Of a stretch of DNA of 64,000 nucleotides, positions 1 to 10,698 are shown one piece after another. A program made the translations under genes and the position numbers. Source of the stretch: an uncultured Bacilli bacterium (GTDB lineage: Bacteria; Bacillota_I; Bacilli_A; RF39; UBA660). Numbering within the stretch: position 1 is the first letter of the stretch; each line of letters opens with the position of its first letter. Under the pieces are notes generated by a model that had not been told where the DNA came from, made no database searches, and worked only from the letters and a program-made list of their open reading frames with translations. The DNA lies in contig CAKPCU010000003.1 in the NCBI GenBank assembly GCA_934148015.1, positions 16,416 to 80,415 on the forward strand. Reading direction: 5' to 3'.

Positions 1-1913
1 CTATTACTATTCCAAGAAACATTTATTATTCTATCTGTTAAATTACATATATTATGGCAATTTTTTCTATGAATAGTAATACCATTACCCTTTGATATAT
101 ACCCTACTATAGAATCGCCTTTAATAGGAGTACAACATCCACCATAAGTTACTTTAATATCACTCATTCCATCTATTATAATATCGCCTTTTTTATTATC
201 ATCATTTAAATTACTTTTAATTAATTTATCTATTATAGCATTATCATCACTTTTAACATTAAGTAAAACTTTTATTACGCTTGTAGGATTTTGTTTTCCT
301 ATACCAATTTCGTAATATAAACCATCTTCATTATCTAAGTTATATTCTTCTAATGCTCTATTAATATTTTCTTCAGTCATTACTTCATTTAGTGATAATT
401 TTTTCTTTCTAATAGTTTTAATAAGTGATTCTTTACCAAGTTCTTTTATTTCTTCTTTATCTATTTTACTAAAAAATGATTTTATTTTATTTTTAGCTGA
501 CGAAGTAAATGCAATATTTAACCATTCTTTAGATGGACCTTTACCATTTTTATTAGTATTAATTTTTACTATGTCACCATCTTTTAGTTTATAATCAAGT
601 GGAACTATACTATTATTAACTATAGCTCCTATCATAGAATGACCAACAGATGTATGAACTCTATATGCAAAGTCAATTGGAGTAGAACCTATAGGAAGCT
701 CAAATACATCTCCTTTTGGAGTATATACATATATATTATTTGAAGAAAAAATCTCATTTCTAACAGTATTTACAAAATCTTCACTTGATGCTTGTTGTTC
801 ATTTAATTCAATCATACTTCTAAATGATTTTAATTTTTCTTCCATCATATTAGCTTTAACTTCACCATGTTCTTTATAAGACCAGTGAGAAGCAAAACCA
901 TATTCTGCTACTTTATCCATATCAAACGTTCTAATTTGTATTTCATAAAGTCTTCCACCAATACCAAATACCGTTGTATGAAGAGATTGATATCCATTTT
1001 CTTTAGGACGTGCTATATAATCTTTAAATCTTCTTGGAACTGGCTTATATTTAGCATGAATAAGACCAAGTGCTAGATAACATTCAGCTTCTGTATTAAC
1101 TAAATATCTAAGTGCTAATATATCATATATCTCATTAAATGATTTACCCTTATTTAACTTATTATATATACTATAAACACTTTTTGTTCTACCTTTCATT
1201 TCATGAAAAATATTATTATCAGACAATATTTTAGATACACTTTGCATCATTTCTTCTACATATTTATCAAGCTCACTTCTTTCTTCACTAAGCTTTTCTA
1301 AAATATCATTATATACATCAGGTTTATAATATTTTAAGCAAAGATCTTCTAATTCACTTTTAATATGATTAATACCTAATCTATGTGCAATTGGTACTAA
1401 TATTTCAAGAGTTTCCTTAGCTTTTTCTTTTCTTTTACTCTCTGGTATAGCCCATAGTGTTCTCATATTATGAAGTCTATCAGCTATTTTTAATATAATT
1501 ATCCTAACATCACCAGATAACCCAACTATAATTTTTTTATAATATGATGCTAATTGATCATTATCCGCAGATAAAGATAGTTTATTAATTCTAGATATTC
1601 CATCAACTAGTAAGCTTATTTCTTTTCCAAAATTTTCTTCTATATTATCTAAAGTTTTATCAGTAAAATTAATAACATCATGTAAAAGTGCTGTTACAAT
1701 AGTTTGACTATCAGCAAAAATCTCAGTAAGTATTATAGCAACATTTAAAGGGTGACAGATATAATCTTCACCCGTTAATCTTTTTTGCCCCATATGAGCT
1801 TCCTTAGCATAAAGGTAGGCTTTTTTTATTAAATCAATTTCAGCATCAGTTTTAATATATGAACTAACTTTATTAATTAAATCATCAATAGTATAAGAAT
1901 TATACTTTTCCAT
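1..1913 (-). CDS. relA: RelA/SpoT-family bifunctional (p)ppGpp synthetase/hydrolase (3' end runs off window)
   Basis: Minus-strand frame is open from ATG 1913 (GGGTGA RBS) to position 1. Own translation gives MEKYNSYTIDDLINKV..KEAHMGQKRLTGEDYICHPLNVAIILTE..LLHDVI (HD domain) and GFASHWSYKEHGE. Missing from the ORF track because there is no stop in the window. Confidence 0.9.
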   Translation of the reverse strand, partial: MEKYNSYTIDDLINKVSSYIKTDAEIDLIKKAYLYAKEAHMGQKRLTGEDYICHPLNVAIILTEIFADSQTIVTALLHDVINFTDKTLDNIEENFGKEISLLVDGISRINKLSLSADNDQLASYYKKIIVGLSGDVRIIILKIADRLHNMRTLWAIPESKRKEKAKETLEILVPIAHRLGINHIKSELEDLCLKYYKPDVYNDILEKLSEERSELDKYVEEMMQSVSKILSDNNIFHEMKGRTKSVYSIYNKLNKGKSFNEIYDILALRYLVNTEAECYLALGLIHAKYKPVPRRFKDYIARPKENGYQSLHTTVFGIGGRLYEIQIRTFDMDKVAEYGFASHWSYKEHGEVKANMMEEKLKSFRSMIELNEQQASSEDFVNTVRNEIFSSNNIYVYTPKGDVFELPIGSTPIDFAYRVHTSVGHSMIGAIVNNSIVPLDYKLKDGDIVKINTNKNGKGPSKEWLNIAFTSSAKNKIKSFFSKIDKEEIKELGKESLIKTIRKKKLSLNEVMTEENINRALEEYNLDNEDGLYYEIGIGKQNPTSVIKVLLNVKSDDNAIIDKLIKSNLNDDNKKGDIIIDGMSDIKVTYGGCCTPIKGDSIVGYISKGNGITIHRKNCHNICNLTDRIINVSWNSN

Positions 1914-1931
1914 TAACTATCACCCTTATAA

Positions 1932-4109
1932 TTATTTTTTATTATTCTTTTTTAAATTCCTATTTTCCATTAAGTACCATACTTGACCTGCAAGAAGCAT
2001 AGATGAATAGCAACCTGCAAAAAGTCCAAATATAAGTGCTAAATTAAATGTAAGAATGCCTTTAGAACCTAAAACAATTAAACAAATTACTGGTATAAGT
2101 GTAGTAATTGTTGTGTTTAGTGATCTATAAAATGTCTCTGATACACTTAAATTTACTATTTCTTTTAACTTATCACTAGTTAATTTACCATGTTTATTAT
2201 TCTTTAAGTTTTCTCTTATTCTATCAAATACAACTATAGTATTATTAATAGAGTAACCAACAATAGTTAATATTGCTGCAATAAATATTACATTAACTTC
2301 TATTTTAAATACTGAAAATAATATCATTACAAATAATACATCATGAGCAAGTGCTAAAATAGATGATAAGGCAAAACTAAACTTAAATCTAATTGAAATA
2401 TATATTATGATAGCAATAATAGCTATAATTACTGAGTATATAGCATTCTTAACTAATTCTTGTTTTACTACGTTAGTAATAACATTTATTTCACTAGTAG
2501 CATTATATTTATCTTTAAAATACTTATTTACTCTATTGATATCTTTTTCTTTTAATTCATTATCTAATTTAACATATACTTCATCATTTTCTTGTTTTTC
2601 AGCTGAAATAACTTTATAACCTAAAGACTTCATATCTTTTTTAACTTCTTCTATCTTCATATTATCAGCTTTTAAAGTAACATCAGAACCAGCTCTAAAA
2701 TCAATACCTAAATTAAATCCACGTGTGCATAAGAAAATAGTTCCTATTACTAGATAAATAATTGTTACAGTAAAACATTTTTTAAGTATTTTAATAGCAT
2801 CTATATTAAGTTTTTTCGTAGTTTTTTCGGTATCTTTATTATAACCTACAAATGCTTTTGTCTTATTTTCAAAATATTTTGTCTTAACAAAACGATATAA
2901 TGCAAATTTATTAATAAGTACCATGATAAACATAGTTGCAAAAATAGTTATCATAAGCATTGTTGCAAAGCCCTTAACAGAGCTTTCACCAAACTTGTAT
3001 AAAACTAATGCAACAATAAGTGTAGTAACGTTTGCATCAAATATACTACTCCAAGACTGTTTATTACCTAAAACGTAAGCGTTAGATAAACTAGCATTAT
3101 TATTTAACTCTTCTTTTATACGTTCAGCTGTTATAACACATGAATCAACAGCCATACCAATACCTAAAACTAAAGCAGCTATTCCAGGTAATGTTAAAAC
3201 TCCACCAATAAGCCAGAAAATACCCATTACTAATAACATGTATAGTATTAAATTAATTCCTGATATAAATCCATAGAATCTATATAATACAGTCATAAAT
3301 AATATAACAAGTATCATACCAATTAAACCAGCTATAAACGTCTTAAACAAAACATTAGATCCATATGATGCATTAACATTTTGACTAGATATTTCTGTTA
3401 ATTTTGTAGAAATAGAACCTGCATTAATATTTTCAGCAAGTCTTTTAGCTTCTTCAGTTGTAAAATTACCAGTAATAATTACATCAGAAGAAAAGCCTTG
3501 TGATACAGTTGCAGCTGACAAACATACACTATCTTCATTACCACAAGTATCTTTATCCTTAGAATATGAATTAACTCCTGTCTCAAAGTTATACCAGATA
3601 ACCATGATGTTTTCACCATCTGACTTACTACTAACATTTGTTGTAACATTTAAGAATTTTTCTTTATCACTTATTTGAAGAGATATTGCAGGATTACCAC
3701 TTTCATCATAAGAAGATTTAGCAGACTTAATAACACTAGAGTCCATAAGCAGCTTATCATTAGTATCTCTAAATGATATATTAGCAACATTAGATAAAGC
3801 CTTTCTTGCTCCTTCTAAATCTGTTACACCAGCTAATTTTACTCTTATTCTGTCACTACCTTCCATTGTTATTTCAGGCTCTGTAACACCTAAAGAGTCA
3901 ACGTTTTTCTTAATTACGGTGTACGTACTATCTAAGTCCCCATCTTTTAACTTTTTACCATCACTTCTTTTAACTTGGTATAAAACTTCAAATCCACCCT
4001 TTAAGTCAAGACCAAATTTCATGTCTTTAAATAAAGGGATATAAACCAAGCTAAATAAAATGATTACCATTAAAAATATAATTATTCTTTTTGTAAAAAT
4101 CTTTTTCAT
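1932..4109 (-). CDS. secDF: Fused protein-export membrane protein SecDF
   Basis: Long multi-TM ORF with a SecD-like half followed by a SecF-like half (..GIDFRAGSDVTL..). Start moved to ATG 4109 (MKKIFTKR), which follows a GGAG RBS. Confidence 0.9.
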   Translation of the reverse strand: MKKIFTKRIIIFLMVIILFSLVYIPLFKDMKFGLDLKGGFEVLYQVKRSDGKKLKDGDLDSTYTVIKKNVDSLGVTEPEITMEGSDRIRVKLAGVTDLEGARKALSNVANISFRDTNDKLLMDSSVIKSAKSSYDESGNPAISLQISDKEKFLNVTTNVSSKSDGENIMVIWYNFETGVNSYSKDKDTCGNEDSVCLSAATVSQGFSSDVIITGNFTTEEAKRLAENINAGSISTKLTEISSQNVNASYGSNVLFKTFIAGLIGMILVILFMTVLYRFYGFISGINLILYMLLVMGIFWLIGGVLTLPGIAALVLGIGMAVDSCVITAERIKEELNNNASLSNAYVLGNKQSWSSIFDANVTTLIVALVLYKFGESSVKGFATMLMITIFATMFIMVLINKFALYRFVKTKYFENKTKAFVGYNKDTEKTTKKLNIDAIKILKKCFTVTIIYLVIGTIFLCTRGFNLGIDFRAGSDVTLKADNMKIEEVKKDMKSLGYKVISAEKQENDEVYVKLDNELKEKDINRVNKYFKDKYNATSEINVITNVVKQELVKNAIYSVIIAIIAIIIYISIRFKFSFALSSILALAHDVLFVMILFSVFKIEVNVIFIAAILTIVGYSINNTIVVFDRIRENLKNNKHGKLTSDKLKEIVNLSVSETFYRSLNTTITTLIPVICLIVLGSKGILTFNLALIFGLFAGCYSSMLLAGQVWYLMENRNLKKNNKK

Positions 4110-4257
4110 AACTTTACTCCATCCTTCTTTATAATTTATATAATTGTAAATACCATTACAACAATACTTATTATATAACATATAGGTATTAAAATCAAAG
4201 AAAAAAGAAAAAATATATTAAAATTCATTTAAGTTTAATAAATTAATATAATTAAGT

Positions 4258-5568
4258 ATGAACAAATTAAAAAATAACTTACTTATTAAAAATATATTTA
4301 TATTATTAGTATCTGGTGTATTAACAAAAATTTTTGGTATGATAAGTAAAATTCTTTATACTAGAATAGCTGGTATAAAAATAATTTCTTTATATACTCT
4401 AATTGTACCTACTCTAATGTTAATAATTAGTATAACACAGTTTAGTTTTCCAATATCAATTAGTAAACTTAGTGCTGAGGGAAAATATAAGGATAAAAAA
4501 TTACTTAGTAACGCTTATTTTATAGGTATAATTATAAATATAATATCTTTTATAACCATTATATTACTATCAAAAACAGTTGCTAATCTTCTTCATAATA
4601 AAAGTCTATATATACCTATTTTATCTATTTCATTTATTATTTTCTTTACAAGTGCATCTAGTATTCAAAGGGGTTTTTTACATGGAAAAGAAGATATGCT
4701 GCCAACAGCAGCCTCTAATGTTATAGAAGAAATAGTTAAGATATTACTAATAATTATAGTATTTCCAATAGTAGTTTTAAAAGGAAGCATAATATCAGTT
4801 ACATTTTTAATACTATTTAATATAATAATTGAATTAGTTAGTATAAGTATTATGTCTAATGTAATAGAAAAAAAATATTTAAAACATGATAAATCTAAAT
4901 ATAGTATAGATAAAACTATTATAAAAGATATACTTAAGATATCAGTACCTACCACAATGACTAGATTAATATCTGGTATAGGCTTTTTCTTAGAACCAAT
5001 AATACTTACAAATATACTATTAAAAACAGGTTATAATTTAAATTATATTACTTTAGAATATGGAATAATTAATTCATATGTTATTCCTCTATTATCACTT
5101 CCGACCTTTTTCTCTAGTATTATAGCATCTGCACTACTACCTAATTTAACTAAAATATATAAAGATAAAAAAATAAATAATTTTAATAATAAGTTATTTA
5201 AATTAATGAGTCTTTCACTAGTTATTGGACTTATTTGTTTAATTTTTATTTTAGCTTTTCCAAAACAAATTTTAAATATTATATATAGCGTAAATTTAGG
5301 AATTAATTATATATATTTAATAGGGCCATTTTTCTTAATTATATATATGCAACCTGCTTTAGCTGCTGCTATGCAAGCTATGGATAAAACAGATAAATTA
5401 TTTAAAATATCGGTTATTTCAATAATAATAAAGTATGTAGTATTAACAATAACAGGACTTTTAGGTTTTGGAATAAATTGCCTTATATTTTCTATGATAA
5501 CAGGAATTATAATAACAACATTACTAGTTCTTATAACTGTATTAAAAGAAATAAATAAAAAGACCTAA
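4258..5568 (+). CDS. MOP-superfamily flippase, SpoVB/MurJ-like
   Basis: 436-aa polytopic protein. The N-terminal region (VLTKIFGMISKILYTRIAG..ITQFSFPISISKLSAE..IQRGFLHGKEDM) parallels B. subtilis SpoVB from memory. Confidence 0.7.
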   Translation: MNKLKNNLLIKNIFILLVSGVLTKIFGMISKILYTRIAGIKIISLYTLIVPTLMLIISITQFSFPISISKLSAEGKYKDKKLLSNAYFIGIIINIISFITIILLSKTVANLLHNKSLYIPILSISFIIFFTSASSIQRGFLHGKEDMLPTAASNVIEEIVKILLIIIVFPIVVLKGSIISVTFLILFNIIIELVSISIMSNVIEKKYLKHDKSKYSIDKTIIKDILKISVPTTMTRLISGIGFFLEPIILTNILLKTGYNLNYITLEYGIINSYVIPLLSLPTFFSSIIASALLPNLTKIYKDKKINNFNNKLFKLMSLSLVIGLICLIFILAFPKQILNIIYSVNLGINYIYLIGPFFLIIYMQPALAAAMQAMDKTDKLFKISVISIIIKYVVLTITGLLGFGINCLIFSMITGIIITTLLVLITVLKEINKKT

Positions 5569-5577
5569 GTGGTCTTT
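5559..5577. terminator. Hairpin between convergent genes
   Basis: aaagacc-taagt-ggtcttt; the A-run before it gives a U-run on the minus strand. Overlaps the stop codon of the plus-strand flippase gene. Confidence 0.5.
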
Positions 5578-5581
5578 ATAT

Positions 5582-5791
5582 CTAAAACGTAGGTTTTATT
5601 AAAAATGTAACTAAATTACATAAAATTAACATTATATATGGCATTAAAGTAAATGTATCAGTTTTAATTTGAAATATTAATAATCCAACAATAATTAAGT
5701 CAAATATAATCATTACAATTCTTAAACTCTTAAGCTTCTTTTTTCTTAAAGCTAGTTCTTCATCAGTTATTACTTTCACTTGTTTTTTCAT
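5582..5791 (-). CDS. Small two-TM membrane protein, unknown function
   Basis: ORF with ATG 5791 (MKKQVKV) after AGGTG. It overlaps the end of the upstream gene, which suggests translational coupling. Confidence 0.5.
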   Translation of the reverse strand: MKKQVKVITDEELALRKKKLKSLRIVMIIFDLIIVGLLIFQIKTDTFTLMPYIMLILCNLVTFLIKPTF

Positions 5792-6584
5792 TATATTCTG
5801 CACCTACACTAGTTAATTTACAACTAAATCCTTTCTTTTCGTAAGCATCTTTTAATATTAAATAAGTATCACCAGCACTTGGTTTTACAAAATAATTCAT
5901 TTTTCCATCTTCAATTGTAATTGCATTAAAATCAACTATATCATAAAAAACTTTATCATTAAAATTAAAACCTTTTTCAGTTTTTTCAAAAGTAACGTTA
6001 TTACCAACAACAGCTGCATTATTGATAAAATATGACTCATATTCACTTTGAAGCTTTGCACTTTCTTCACTAATACTTTCTAAATTAGACATTAAAACGT
6101 AGTTAAACTCACTTTTATTTATAACACTATCTACATAATTAGCAGTATAAGTAACAGTTTGAGACTCTGAATCACTTTTTGCATTAAATTCACATATTAA
6201 AGTACCATTTTCTTCTAATTTTTTAGTTGTGGTAATAGTAGTTGTTGTACTTTGCGTTTTATCTTCTTTTTTCTTATTAAATATATTAAGATCAAAATTG
6301 CTATTTACATAATATAGTACTAATAATATTATTGTAACAAGTATAATAATAATTAAAATTTTATTACTCTTTTTATTTAACTCTAGGATTTCATCTTTAC
6401 TAACAGGATCAATAATAACAGTATTATTAATTGCACCGTCATATAATTCATCTAAATTTATTTCGCGAGTAATATTATCTTCTTCTTTTTTTACGTTTTC
6501 ATCTTTAATTTCTTCTTCTTTTATAGAATCTGTTTTTTCTAACTCTTCTTTTTCATTTATTTTGTCTTCATTTTTTTCTTCCAC
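5763..6584 (-). CDS. Single-pass membrane protein with acidic N-tail and Cys-bracketed ectodomain (paralogue of 9792..10622)
   Basis: GTG 6584 lies 7 nt after GGAGGT. Glu/Lys-rich N-terminus, one TM (ILIIIILVTIILLVLYY), ectodomain running from LICEF to KKGFSCKL. Confidence 0.6.
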   Translation of the reverse strand: MEEKNEDKINEKEELEKTDSIKEEEIKDENVKKEEDNITREINLDELYDGAINNTVIIDPVSKDEILELNKKSNKILIIIILVTIILLVLYYVNSNFDLNIFNKKKEDKTQSTTTTITTTKKLEENGTLICEFNAKSDSESQTVTYTANYVDSVINKSEFNYVLMSNLESISEESAKLQSEYESYFINNAAVVGNNVTFEKTEKGFNFNDKVFYDIVDFNAITIEDGKMNYFVKPSAGDTYLILKDAYEKKGFSCKLTSVGAEYNEKTSESNN

Positions 6585-6618
6585 TAGTATTACCTCCCTT
6601 TCTATGATAACATATATT

Positions 6619-7467
6619 TTATTTTTTAAATATCTTTTCTCCTATTTTTTCATTACATTTGACACTTACTTCATAACCTTTTAGAGAATTATTTATAATA
6701 TCATCATCAAGTTTTATAACATTTTCTTTAACTAGTAATATAACAGTGGACCCTCCAAATTTAAAATAACCTTTTTCATCGCCCTTTTTAAATTTTTTTA
6801 TTTTTTTATTGACAATACGTCCAACTAGTAAAGCTCCAACTTCTATATATACAATATCATCAAAATTATCAGTTTTAATTAAAGTGCATTCTCTAGTATT
6901 TTCATGAAAAACTTTATACTTATCATAAACAATAGGATTAACAGTATGAAATTTGCCTTTAATACTATACTTTTTTATAACACTACCACTATCAATAAAA
7001 TGATATCTATGATAATTACTAGGTGTAAGTCTAAATACTAATGCATAACCATTTTTATAATCACTAGCTAACTTATTATCTTTTAAAAGTTCTTTTATAC
7101 TATACTTACTTTTTTTAATATTAATAAGTAGATCATCATCTATTTTATAGCAAGTAAGATAAGAGTCAGCACATGATGTAAATGTATTCTCATCTTTAAT
7201 AATAGGTCTTTTTGATGGTATTACCCTTCTTGTAAAAAAATCATTAAAAGATATATATTTTTTATCATAGTATTCACTCATATCAATGTTATTTTTCTTA
7301 ATGAAATGATTAATATAAAGACATGATATTCTTCTATCCATTAAAAATCCCATTATATTACTTACATATTTATTATTAACTAATATCTTAAGTATTAGTC
7401 TACCAGCAGCTGTTTTATACAAAAATGATAATCCAAAGCCAGGATTATCTTTAATGCAATTTCTCAA
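6619..7467 (-). CDS. psd: Phosphatidylserine decarboxylase proenzyme
   Basis: 282 aa with the FKFGGST self-cleavage motif near the C-terminus. TTG start directly after the pssA stop. Confidence 0.85.
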   Translation of the reverse strand: MRNCIKDNPGFGLSFLYKTAAGRLILKILVNNKYVSNIMGFLMDRRISCLYINHFIKKNNIDMSEYYDKKYISFNDFFTRRVIPSKRPIIKDENTFTSCADSYLTCYKIDDDLLINIKKSKYSIKELLKDNKLASDYKNGYALVFRLTPSNYHRYHFIDSGSVIKKYSIKGKFHTVNPIVYDKYKVFHENTRECTLIKTDNFDDIVYIEVGALLVGRIVNKKIKKFKKGDEKGYFKFGGSTVILLVKENVIKLDDDIINNSLKGYEVSVKCNEKIGEKIFKK

Positions 7468-7468
7468 A

Positions 7469-8107
7469 CTATCTAATTGATGCAGAAATAATTGCTATTT
7501 CTATCGCTGCTAAGATAGAACATATAACAAACCATATTCCTGTAGGTTTTTTAATTTTTATATTTAAAACAAATAAAATTGCTGTAACTAACATAATTAA
7601 AGGATAGGCTTTATTAAATATGTTAGGTCCTAAAAAAATATGTAAATTATAAGTAAATGGAAGTATTATTGCAATACTGGTAACTGGAAGTCCATAGTAA
7701 TAGTTTTTATCTTCCAAAGATTTATTAAATATTTTTTTACTTTCTTTTTCTTCTGCTAAAACATTAAAATATGCTAATCTAATTACTGCTGTAAGTGCAT
7801 ATATAACGTATGTAATTTTACAAAATATACCATTAAATCCCATACATATTCCAATAACAACAGGAAATGCACCGTAACAAATACAGTCTGCTAAAGAATC
7901 TATTTGAATTCCAAATTTTTTCTCACGCTCACTTCTTTTGCAAGCTCTTGCAACTGTTCCATCAAACATATCACATATACCAGATATTATAAGACACATA
8001 ATTGCAACTGGTATATGATTAAAAAAAGCAAACATCATCCCAATTACTGATGATGCAACTCCTATATATGTAAGTAAAACTGATATTCCGTAATAACCTA
8101 TAAACAT
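7469..8107 (-). CDS. pssA: CDP-diacylglycerol-serine O-phosphatidyltransferase
   Basis: CDP-alcohol phosphatidyltransferase motif DMFDGTVARACKRSEREKKFGIQIDSLADCI; polytopic. Confidence 0.85.
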   Translation of the reverse strand: MFIGYYGISVLLTYIGVASSVIGMMFAFFNHIPVAIMCLIISGICDMFDGTVARACKRSEREKKFGIQIDSLADCICYGAFPVVIGICMGFNGIFCKITYVIYALTAVIRLAYFNVLAEEKESKKIFNKSLEDKNYYYGLPVTSIAIILPFTYNLHIFLGPNIFNKAYPLIMLVTAILFVLNIKIKKPTGIWFVICSILAAIEIAIISASIR

Positions 8108-8162
8108 AACTTGTACTCCTTAATCATAGTATAGTAAGATTATATCATATTTAAAAAAATAT

Positions 8163-8196
8163 ATAAAGAAAAAAGAAGAATTAATTTTCTTCTTTT
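8163..8196 (-). terminator. Rho-independent terminator after lysS
   Basis: aagaagaa-ttaatt-ttcttctt spans the lysS stop codon and is followed by a U-run on the minus strand. Confidence 0.5.
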
Positions 8197-9692
8197 GCAC
8201 TTGTATTATCATTTTCTGGCTTCATTAATGGGAATAATAGTATGTCCCTAATAGAATCTTGTTCTAAGAATAACATACATAATCTATCTATTCCATAACC
8301 AATACCACCAGCTGGAGGCATACCATACTCTAAAGCTTCTATGAAATCCATATCAATATCATTAGCTTCATCATTTCCTAAATCTCTTTCTTTTAATTGT
8401 TCTTCAAATCTTTCTAACTGATCAATTGGATCATTAAGCTCAGTATATGCATTAGCAAACTCTTTACCAGCTATAAATAATTCAAATCTATCAACAAATC
8501 TTGGATCATCAGGATTCTTCTTAGTAAGAGGAGAAATTTCTATTGGATGACCATATAAGAACGTAGGTTGAATAAGAGTTTCTTCTACGTATTTTTCAAA
8601 GAATAAATTAATTATATGTCCAACACTTCTTTCGTGTTCTTGAACTTCTATGTTATGTTCTTCGGCTAACTTTAAAGCTTCCTCAACAGTCATTTCTTTT
8701 TTAAAATCTATGCCTGTTTGTTCTTTAATAGCATCAGTCATACTAACTCTTTTCCATGGACCCTCTAAATTAATTTCATAACCACTAAAATTATAAGTCA
8801 TTTTATTAAATACTTTTTTAGCAATTGTTTGATACATTTTTTCAGTTAAGTCCATCATACCTTCTAAGTTGCTATATGCTAAATAAGCTTCCATTAAGGT
8901 AAACTCTGGATTATGCTTTAAATCCATACCCTCATTTCTAAATACTCTTCCAATTTCATAAACAGCTTCCATACCGCCTACTAATAACCTCTTAAGAGGT
9001 AATTCAAGAGCTATACGTAAATACATATCTAAATCTTGAGTATTATGATGAGTTATAAAAGGACGAGCTGAAGCACCAGTTAATAGTGATGTAAGAATTG
9101 GAGTTTCTACTTCAGTAAATCCTTCACCATCCATAAAGTCTCTTATGCATTTAATAATTTTAGGTCTTAAAAAAGCTATATTCTTAGAATCTTCATTCAT
9201 AATTAAATCAACATAACGTCTTCTATATCTTTCTTCTTTATCAGTTAAACCATGAAATTTTTCTGGTAATGGTTTTAAAGCTTTAACAAGATGAGTATAC
9301 TCTAAACATTTAACGGTAACTTCACCAGTTTTAGTTTTCATAACTTTACCACGTACACCTACTATATCACCTAAATCAGCTGTTTTAAATAAGTTATAAG
9401 TATCTTCTCCAACATCATTAATTGAAATGTATACTTGCATAGGTCCAGTCTTATCTTTTATACTGAAAAATGATGCTTTACCCATCTTTCTAATAAACAT
9501 AATTCTTCCTGCAATAGTTACTTCGTCATTAATGTTTTCAAATTCATCATGATCTACATCTTTATATTTTTCTTTTATTTCATTATTAAAGGCTGTTCTT
9601 TTAAAAACATGCCCAAAAGGATCCATTCCAAGTTCTCTTATATTTTGTGCTTTTTGTCTTCTAACTAGTTCTTGTTCAGTTAATTTTCTCAT
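8181..9692 (-). CDS. lysS: Lysine-tRNA ligase, class II
   Basis: 503 aa with an OB-fold N-domain and class II core (..FRNEGMDLKHNPEFT.., ..GGIGYGIDRL..). Confidence 0.95.
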   Translation of the reverse strand: MRKLTEQELVRRQKAQNIRELGMDPFGHVFKRTAFNNEIKEKYKDVDHDEFENINDEVTIAGRIMFIRKMGKASFFSIKDKTGPMQVYISINDVGEDTYNLFKTADLGDIVGVRGKVMKTKTGEVTVKCLEYTHLVKALKPLPEKFHGLTDKEERYRRRYVDLIMNEDSKNIAFLRPKIIKCIRDFMDGEGFTEVETPILTSLLTGASARPFITHHNTQDLDMYLRIALELPLKRLLVGGMEAVYEIGRVFRNEGMDLKHNPEFTLMEAYLAYSNLEGMMDLTEKMYQTIAKKVFNKMTYNFSGYEINLEGPWKRVSMTDAIKEQTGIDFKKEMTVEEALKLAEEHNIEVQEHERSVGHIINLFFEKYVEETLIQPTFLYGHPIEISPLTKKNPDDPRFVDRFELFIAGKEFANAYTELNDPIDQLERFEEQLKERDLGNDEANDIDMDFIEALEYGMPPAGGIGYGIDRLCMLFLEQDSIRDILLFPLMKPENDNTSAKEEN

Positions 9693-9761
9693 GTCTTCAC
9701 TTCCTTGTAAGCAATTATAACATAATTTTTAATAATTAACAATTAAACTTAAAACTTTTGC

Positions 9762-9790
9762 CAAAAAAAAATCAGATCACATTCTGATTT
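9762..9790 (-). terminator. Rho-independent terminator
   Basis: aatcaga-tcacat-tctgatt; the A8 run on plus gives a U-run on minus. Lies downstream of the 9792 gene. Confidence 0.5.
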
Positions 9791-9791
9791 A

Positions 9792-10622
9792 TTATTTAGA
9801 CTTTTTACAAGTATAACCCTGTTTTTCTAATATATTTTTAAGTTTTTTATAGGTTAAGTTTGAATCAATTTCAAAATAACTAATAGGTTTTGTTTTTTGA
9901 TCTATTTTAGATATTTCATCATAATCAAAAGACGTAAAATCAAGTGAAGAAGTAATTGAAAATTTATCATTTTCCTCATTCAAGATATAAGTAAACCCTT
10001 TCATACCATTTGAATTTACAATAACAGGTATTTTTTCCTGTCTTATGTTATCTATTTGATCTTTAAAATCTTTTGTTATAGCAGCATAACTGTAATTACT
10101 ATTAACATATGATATCTTATCTTTTTTATATGTTATTTTAACTGTATCACTTAAGACAAAGTTTTTATCGTTAACACTATACACACAAGATACGTTTTTT
10201 TCACAATTAAGATTATATATAAATAATGTCAAAATAACTATAACTAATAATATAGCGCATAGTAAAATTATTAATATGCCTTTTCTTTTACCGTTTAGAT
10301 CAGTTTGTTTTTCAACTTCAATATCATCGCCACTGCTAGAATCCAAGCTCATAACATTATTTGATTCATTTTGTTCATCTGTGCTTTTTTCATCATTAGT
10401 ATCATAATTATCTAAAGCTTCATGATCATTTTCTAATTGATTTTTAGTTTCATCATCTAATTTTGATAGGTCTATATCACTATTTTCGTAATTATATATA
10501 TTTAAAGAAGTTTTAGATAAATCGTTATCATTACTATCATCACTATCAGTGTTAATTGTCAATACATCTTCTCCAAAAATATTGTCAATAGCCTCTTCTA
10601 TATTTTTATCCTTATCTTTCAC
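9792..10622 (-). CDS. Single-pass membrane protein with acidic N-tail and Cys-bracketed ectodomain (paralogue of 5763..6584)
   Basis: GTG 10622 lies 6 nt after AAGGAGG. Asp/Asn-rich N-tail, one TM, ectodomain running from VSCVY to EKQGYTCKK. Confidence 0.6.
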   Translation of the reverse strand: MKDKDKNIEEAIDNIFGEDVLTINTDSDDSNDNDLSKTSLNIYNYENSDIDLSKLDDETKNQLENDHEALDNYDTNDEKSTDEQNESNNVMSLDSSSGDDIEVEKQTDLNGKRKGILIILLCAILLVIVILTLFIYNLNCEKNVSCVYSVNDKNFVLSDTVKITYKKDKISYVNSNYSYAAITKDFKDQIDNIRQEKIPVIVNSNGMKGFTYILNEENDKFSITSSLDFTSFDYDEISKIDQKTKPISYFEIDSNLTYKKLKNILEKQGYTCKKSK

Positions 10623-10698
10623 AAGCAACCTCCTTATTATATAAACTATTATATCACAAGTCTCTAGTAGAAACAATATATTTAATTAACAATAAAAT

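Noticed and set aside
9693-9791. Possible T-box or other riboswitch leader upstream of lysS
   Set aside because: The gap is only about 100 nt and is largely occupied by the terminator of the upstream gene, so it is too short for a T-box or L-box.
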